This document shows, in pieces, positions 61,860 to 64,000 of a stretch of 64,000 nucleotides of DNA. This DNA is from Eledone cirrhosa (Eukaryota), in contig OZ024741.1 of NCBI GenBank assembly GCA_964016885.1, positions 198,710,001 through 198,774,000 of the forward strand, in the 5' to 3' direction. Every line of letters begins with the position of its first letter. Position 1 is the stretch's first letter. The notes under the pieces were generated by a model that worked only from the letters and a program-made list of their open reading frames with translations, was not told where the DNA came from and searched no databases. Position numbers and translations under genes: made by a program.

Positions 61860-63389
61860 GTAAGTGTCTGCCATATTTAAAAATATTTTTGTAATTCTTA
61901 GGATCGTCATCATTGCCACTTTTATGCCTGCTTTTTCCATGCTTGCATGGATGGTTCTTATTCAGCACTTGTAGCGGTTCATCTTCATCACTCTGAGATA
62001 CAGCATCTCGAGATCAGCTCTAACCTTATCTGCTCAGGTGTTTTACAGTCTTTCTCTACTAGAGCTTCTTCCTACTGAAATCATGTGGCACTTTTTCACC
62101 CAGTGTTCATCATCCATGTACATCACATCCATACTAGTACAATCTTTTCTCTTGCACACTTCATCTAATTCCTCTGAACATATCAAAAACATTTCAAATT
62201 CCTGCTTAAAAGGAATCTTGATAAAACATTATCAGTATAGATATGTGAGTCAGTTGCAAGCTCTTGTCCATATTAAAGGTCAGTAGCTTCATTTGAGTAC
62301 TGACATGATCTGTGGGGACCCATCCAACACATGCTAGCATGGCAAATGGACATTAAATGATATTGATGATTTTTCTCTCAATTTTTGTCTCAAGGCTAAA
62401 CTTCTACTGTATCCTTCATACCTTTTGTAGAAACTGAAATTCAAGATTAACTGTGTAGTGTAAATATGTAATGATACAGTTTAATGTGTAGAAAAATGCA
62501 AACAGGTGCACAAGATATATAGTGATATTTTAGTTTGACATTAGTGAATACTATTATTATCTGCGATGATATTAACAGAATATAGCCGTTACATATTTTT
62601 TTCTGTATGACTGCAAATGTTGAATATATTGGATTAATCCTTTTGATACTAACCTGCACAAGATTGTCTCTGATTCTAGGAAACAAAGCCATCCATATTA
62701 AATGCATTCCTATTTAAATTAAAAACTTCTAACATAGTTTGATATAAGAGCTTTTTGTTTAAGTTATTACAAATTCCATTTTAATGCTGAAGCAATAATT
62801 TAAATTTCATTAGAAATATGGTGCCAGAAGGGTTAATCTTAGTATAAATAGTGTATTAGAGAAGACACAAAACTTTGTTCTATTCTATCAAGCTGCAAAA
62901 AGCCTGAGAAGAAGTAGGAATGGCACACAACTAAAAAAATAATTGTTTCACAACATACAAAAGTCCAAATTAAAAAAAATATGTGTTTCTTCTATGCTAC
63001 CATGTGGAAATGAATTTAAAATAGTGAACATGATAATAATAATTGTTTCTACTTTTGGCACAAGGCTAGCGATTATCACAGTGTATTACTGGTACTTTAT
63101 TTTATAGACCCCATAAGGATGAAAGGCAAAGTTGAACTCAGCCCATAAAGGGCCGTAACTCTTTGCTGCAAAGCATGGCGTCTGATCCTCTACTGATACT
63201 GCCAAATAAACAATAAGAGTTTCTAACAGGTAAAAATGCCAAATTTTGAGGAAGGGAACAATAGATTATATTGATCTCCAGTACTTGACTGGTACAGATT
63301 TTATCAGCTTTTGATGGATGACAAAACTGAACTTAGCAGGACTGAAACTCAGAATGTGAAGAAATACCACAAAGCATTTTCATCATCAT

Positions 63390-63560
63390 TGTTCCACCAA
63401 TTCTGTCAATTTTCTGCCATCACTGTTCCACCAATTCTGTTAATCCACTGCTACCACTGTTCCACTGATTCTGTCAATCCACTGCTCCATCAATTCTGTT
63501 AATCTATTGCTCCATCAGTTCTCTTAATCCACTACCATCACTGTTCAAATGATTCTCTGA
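63390..63560. repeat. Degenerate short tandem repeat
   Basis: Repeated CTGTTCCACCAATTCTGTTAATCCA units. Confidence 0.65.
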
Positions 63561-64000
63561 AGTCATTATCCTCCTGCCAAACAATAATCTGTATTTTTTA
63601 GCCACAGGTCTTTAATATACAGTAAAAGTGACCAATATAAGTCAGGTTAATTAGGTTTAAAGCTATTTTGCTATTTTCTTGTTCATGTTGAGAATGAAGA
63701 GCTTGGTAAACTTTAGATATTCATAGATTTAAAAAAAATGATTTGCCAGGCTGTATCACTGTGTTTGACAGCCACTGAAGATACATATTACTACAGTTGT
63801 AGGGTAAAATGTGTGTCATTGCAATGGTCTCAAATGTTTTCATGAATAATGCAGATCTAAACTTGGCAAGAATTAAATAGAATTTAATTTCAATTAAAGT
63901 ATATTATCCTGTGAAGTGGTAGTGGTGGTGCTATAATAAAATGCATCTAGTACACATTGTGAAGTGGTTGGCATTAGGAAGGGAATCCAGCCACAGAAAC

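Overview
AT-rich eukaryotic (animal) genomic DNA; the repeat landscape (Nin-domain and CORE-like SINEs, RTE LINEs with (GAT)n tails) suggests a cephalopod such as Octopus, which is an inference. Two spliced host genes lie head-to-head. ESF1 (nucleolar pre-rRNA processing protein) is complete on the minus strand: 14 coding exons, 10056..33235, about 784 aa, with one GC-AG intron. The 5' part of GCC1 (GRIP and coiled-coil golgin) is on the plus strand: 3 coding exons from 54837, continuing beyond the window. The rest is layered, mostly decayed transposable elements: a CsRn1-type Ty3/Gypsy element, a second Gypsy element, solo LTRs, a CRE-clade non-LTR element, RTE and CR1 LINEs, two mariners, a Buster-type hAT, a Helitron, MITEs and SINEs. 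The most notable observation is a set of hammerhead-ribozyme motifs. An apparently intact type I hammerhead (51228..51306, minus) sits in a 1.4-mer of a 658-bp non-coding monomer inserted into (TA)n inside a Helitron, which is retrozyme- or Penelope-like. A related element at 20985..21106 suggests this family nests a second hammerhead of opposite polarity inside stem II of the first, an ambisense, viroid-like arrangement. All calls were made by eye and by manual translation; no searches were run.
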